DNA from: Klebsormidium nitens | Lineage: Eukaryota > Plantae > Klebsormidiophyceae | NCBI GenBank assembly: GCA_000708835.1 | Contig: DF237294.1 | Span: 1-64,000, forward strand | Reading direction: 5' to 3' | DNA length: 64,000 nt | Shown: positions 60,317-64,000 of the stretch, one piece after another | Layout of the letters: every line of letters begins with the position of its first letter | Numbering within the stretch: the stretch's first letter is position 1 | Position numbers and translations under genes: made by a program | The notes under the pieces: generated by a model | Seen by the model: the letters and a program-made list of their open reading frames with translations, nothing else | Told to the model about the DNA's origin: nothing | The model's database searches: none

Positions 60317-63228
60317 ATGTCTCAGGCGCATGCCCTTAGAACAGTTTTCTCCCAAACGATAAGAGCAAGAGCCGCAGTGAGTAACGCGGCAACGCAGAGA
60401 GAGCGGTCCACACACAGATTGAGTGGTACCGATGCCGATGTTGGCTCCACAATCATTGAGGACGCCTCACGACAGCAGTCGAGTAAGCTGGCCCCTCTTA
60501 CGTTCTCCGGGGATTGCGTCCATCTTGCCTAACTTGTGACCCTTTTTATGAGCGGTTGTCGGGAATATCATCGCTCAACTAGATGTGCACCTGTATCACA
60601 ACGATGTTCTACTGTGCTCTCCAAAGTCCGTCAAGAGTTCTCCTCTGGCCTGTCTCAGCTGACACTTTCCCTGCAGCGCCGAGGGTGGTTCTCAAGGGCG
60701 GCAAGTCCCGGCTCTTTAAGGCGGGCGCACCCCATGTGTACGGTGGCGCTGTCGATTCGGTGGTGGGCCGTCCCCCCCCGGCAGCTGGCGATGTGGTGGT
60801 GGTGACAGACGGACAGAAGCGAGCGTTTGGCTGGGGAGTCTACAACCCCGCGTCCATGTTTCGGGTCCGCCTGATGCAGACAGACTTGGACGTAGACAGG
60901 TGGGCTGGCTTCCATTGGCAGAGGATGCCTGGCCGGCGCTGGGGGGAGACTGGGGTGGCAAGCGACAGGAGACCACCCCTTTGCGTTTCGGCTCACCTTC
61001 AGTCCATGTGGTGGCTTGCCCTTCCTGCTGTTCCTGTGATGAGAGCACGTGCCTCGTACAATGAATGTGACTGCGCTCTACTCCGAGCGAGAGCCTCTTT
61101 ACATGACCCCTGCTTCATCCCCCCCATGGTCTGCTCCTTCTTACAGGGAGCCCGGCTGCCTGCTGGACCTGCCGGCCCTCATCCGCGCGCGTGTGCAGCA
61201 GGCGGTGGCCCTGCGCCGCACGCTGGGCCTGCCCTCAGCGCAGACCAGCGTGTATCGCCTGATCAACAGCGAGGGGGACAGGTGCGGCCTCCAAGCAGCC
61301 TCGTGCCACCAAGGGACGACTTGGGGGCAACAGCTGCAGGACGCAATTGCACTGACGCCTTTTTCCTTGTGCTGAGATGAGTCCATCGATTGCTTCAGCG
61401 AATTCGCGAGCTTGTGGTGTCCCCCACCCCTGCGGTGTGCTGACGGGCTGGGCCTGGCTGCAGGGCAGGCTGTCCGGCCTGATTGCGGACGTTCTGGGTG
61501 ACCACGTGGTGGTCCTCTCCTGCGCGGCCTGGGTGGAGCGGCATGCCCCCGTCGTGCGCGCCGCCATCCAGGAGGCCACCGGCCTGCGCAGCATCGTGTG
61601 GCGGCCCTCGCTGGACATCCTGCGCGAGGAAGGCCTGGAACTGCCCGCGGGCGGAACACCTACGCAGGAGCCCAGCACCCCCGCAGATGGAGCCGTTCAG
61701 GTGCGTCTGGCGTGTGGCTCGCTGTGCTGGCTGTTCGCGAGAGCCCCTGTGCGAGTGTGCTTGGATGCATGGCAATCCAAACACCGCATACAGAGCTTGC
61801 CGCGGCGAGGCTTGCGCTGACGACGCAGGCAACCAGGGTTCTGTCCAGATGCCACAATGGGTTCGGTTTGCGGGTGGTGCAGGTGGTGGAGAACGGCGTC
61901 CACTTCCGCGCCGCGCTGCATGGTCAAAAGACTGGCTTCTATGCGGACCAGCGCGACAACCGTGCGTACCTGAGGACGATAGCAGGGGGAAAGACGGTGC
62001 TCGACCTGTGTTCCTACAGCGGGGGGTTTGCAATCAACGCAGCGCTGGGGGGAGCAACGCACGTCACAGGTAACTCTACTGGCAACACGATATGGCCTGA
62101 CATCAAGGCCATTATTAGCTGGATACTGTCTATGCGATTGAACGAAAAGGAAACGGTCTGGACTGGGGTTTGACTCAAACCCAATATGTACGCGTTCAAG
62201 AGAGATGTTCGATCGAGTGTATTGCCGCGAGCGGTGACAGTCAACGTTTATCATTCGTGAATCAATATGTAGAGATCCAGTGGATCGGTCACTCTGCCGA
62301 TCCAGTCTGTCGTTTGCTGCCAATTGGAGGCCCGCTCCTTGTTCTCCTGCCCGCCTGCGCTCCAAGCCCGCCCGTCGAAGCCCGCTTTCCTCCGCTGTGT
62401 GCAGCGGTGGACTCGTCGGCGTCTGCGCTCGTGCTGGCGGAGGCCAACGCTGCATTCAACGGGGTGCTCCCCTCGTCCATCACGCTCGTCAAAGACGACG
62501 TGGCGGCCTTCATGGCGGCCGCGCTGGCGGCGGGGCGGCAGTGGGACCTGGTGGTGCTGGACCCGCCCAAGCTGGCCCCCAGCAAGAAGGTGCTCGACCG
62601 CGCGGCCGCCAAGTACCGCCGCCTCAACGCGCTGGCCATGCAGCTGACGGCGGCGGGGGGCCTGCTCATGACGTGCTCCTGCTCGGGGGCCATGACGCAG
62701 AGCGGCGCCTTCCCCACCGTCCTCCAGGTGACTGCCCCCGCGCGCCACACACGCCGTACGCATGGGCAGTCACATCAGAAGCTGATCACTTTCATCTGAG
62801 CAGCCATGAGAGGAGTTTTCTCAACTGGCGCTGGCAGCGGATCCCAGGAAAGGGCAATGTCTGCCGCAGAGTCGAAGCCCGTTCTTATTGACCCCTGCAA
62901 ATGATGGGGAACTTTCGTGACCGAGTATTGCCAAAACTCACATTGCTTTGAGCTCAGGAGGGAAGCCAGTCTTACATGCACTCCCGATCCGGGATGGCTC
63001 AAACTGTGCTACGCCGCACGGGCGGGCACCCTTTCCCTGTTCCGGAGCTGTTTCGGAGCATACCAATATGCTTGCTTACGATCCGAACCGCTTGTGCAGG
63101 ATGCCAGCACTCTGGCCCGTCGACCAATTCGAATACTGCGGCACTCAGGGGCCGGCCCCGACCATACTCTTATTCCCGGATATCCGGAAGGGGCCTACCT
63201 CACGAACATGCTGCTGCACGTACACTGA
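60317..63228 (+). CDS. PUA-domain SAM-dependent rRNA methyltransferase, RlmI/YccW-like, with probable organellar transit peptide, 7 exons
   Basis: Exons 60317-60482, 60677-60899, 61147-61281, 61469-61700, 61883-62069, 62405-62727, 63100-63228. Motifs: [62 protein letters not shown] and AGPDH..YPEGAYL. The Ala/Arg/Ser/Thr-rich N-terminus suggests a transit peptide. Confidence 0.92.
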
Positions 63229-64000
63229 ACGGTCGGAGGGCATCTCGATGTACTGCGAAATTGACCAGGTCGCGGCTGTTCAAATGCCAGAGAAGGTTGC
63301 GCTAACGCTTGATGAGCCAGTCGGCACGCTAGACTTCGTTGGTACCAATCGTTTACGATGCCATTCGGGTAGACGCCGCAACTTTAGTTTTCCCTTTTTT
63401 GACCATATGGCGGAGCCATTAGGAAGGTGGCTGCTGATCAGATTGGTTGGTTGCATGCCGAAAGGGAACTTAGTACGGAAAGGGAACCCGCTCTTACATT
63501 CTAGCCTGATACATGATTCAGCAACCAAGCAAATTTTTAAGACATTTGCTCGCTTTATATTAGTTGAGAGTCAACGTCAAGAGAACGTACAAGATTAGCT
63601 TATCTAGTAGACTGGGCTTTGCAGTTCGCATCCGGACAGGAACTTTGTGACTTGAAGTTAGTCACTGCCCTTAAAGATGATTAGGCTTTGGTTCAGTTTA
63701 GCCAGCACTCCAAAGAACCTTCATATCTATATTGAGAAGAGTTACATGCACTTGCCAAAAAGTCCGTTGAAGTACAGCCCGCGGACCTAGGCCTGATGCG
63801 GATTCTCTTGTTAGAATTTGCTTCCTCAATTGGTCGCGGTCATCAGTGTGCAATTGTCGAAGTCAAAGTCATCTAGCTGGTGCCCATGTTTAATGCGTAG
63901 TATATACTTCCATGTATATATGATGATTCAGCATGCATGGCACACAAGCTACCTATGGTGGGTCTCGACGGTATCGACCGCGCGACGGTCGGGTCTCAAA

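Noticed and set aside
6515-63598. Hundreds of overlapping Arg/Ala/Pro-rich ORFs on both strands
   Set aside because: Shadow frames of GC-rich exons and introns. Spliced models with consistent phases explain the real coding signal.

Overview
This is intron-rich, GC-rich eukaryotic nuclear DNA, most likely a green or streptophyte alga (inferred from GT-AG introns, GC3-rich exons and plant-type gene families). It has two N gaps (25127-25298, 43793-44336). Left to right it holds: ~6.4 kb of lower-GC decayed DNA; a WD40 gene (-); a TPR pseudogene (-); an intronless mitochondrial-type rps19 only 89 nt upstream of NOL10/ENP2 (+); a Zn-CDF/MTP transporter with a ~283-aa His-rich loop (+); a ~7.5 kb DNA transposon with an 8-exon Dada-like DDE transposase (+); a secreted, >20-exon acetamidase/formamidase-family gene (+); a tRNA-like SINE candidate with a 16-bp flanking duplication; a coiled-coil gene (-); EEF1AKMT1-like (+); an orphan gene (-); EEF1AKMT4-like (+); a DHPH-like FAD monooxygenase (-); and an RlmI-like methyltransferase (+). 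The best leads are a probable bicistronic rps19-NOL10 locus and the near-intact spliced Dada-like transposon. All gene models were built by eye from splice sites, exon phases and recalled family motifs. No database searches were run.
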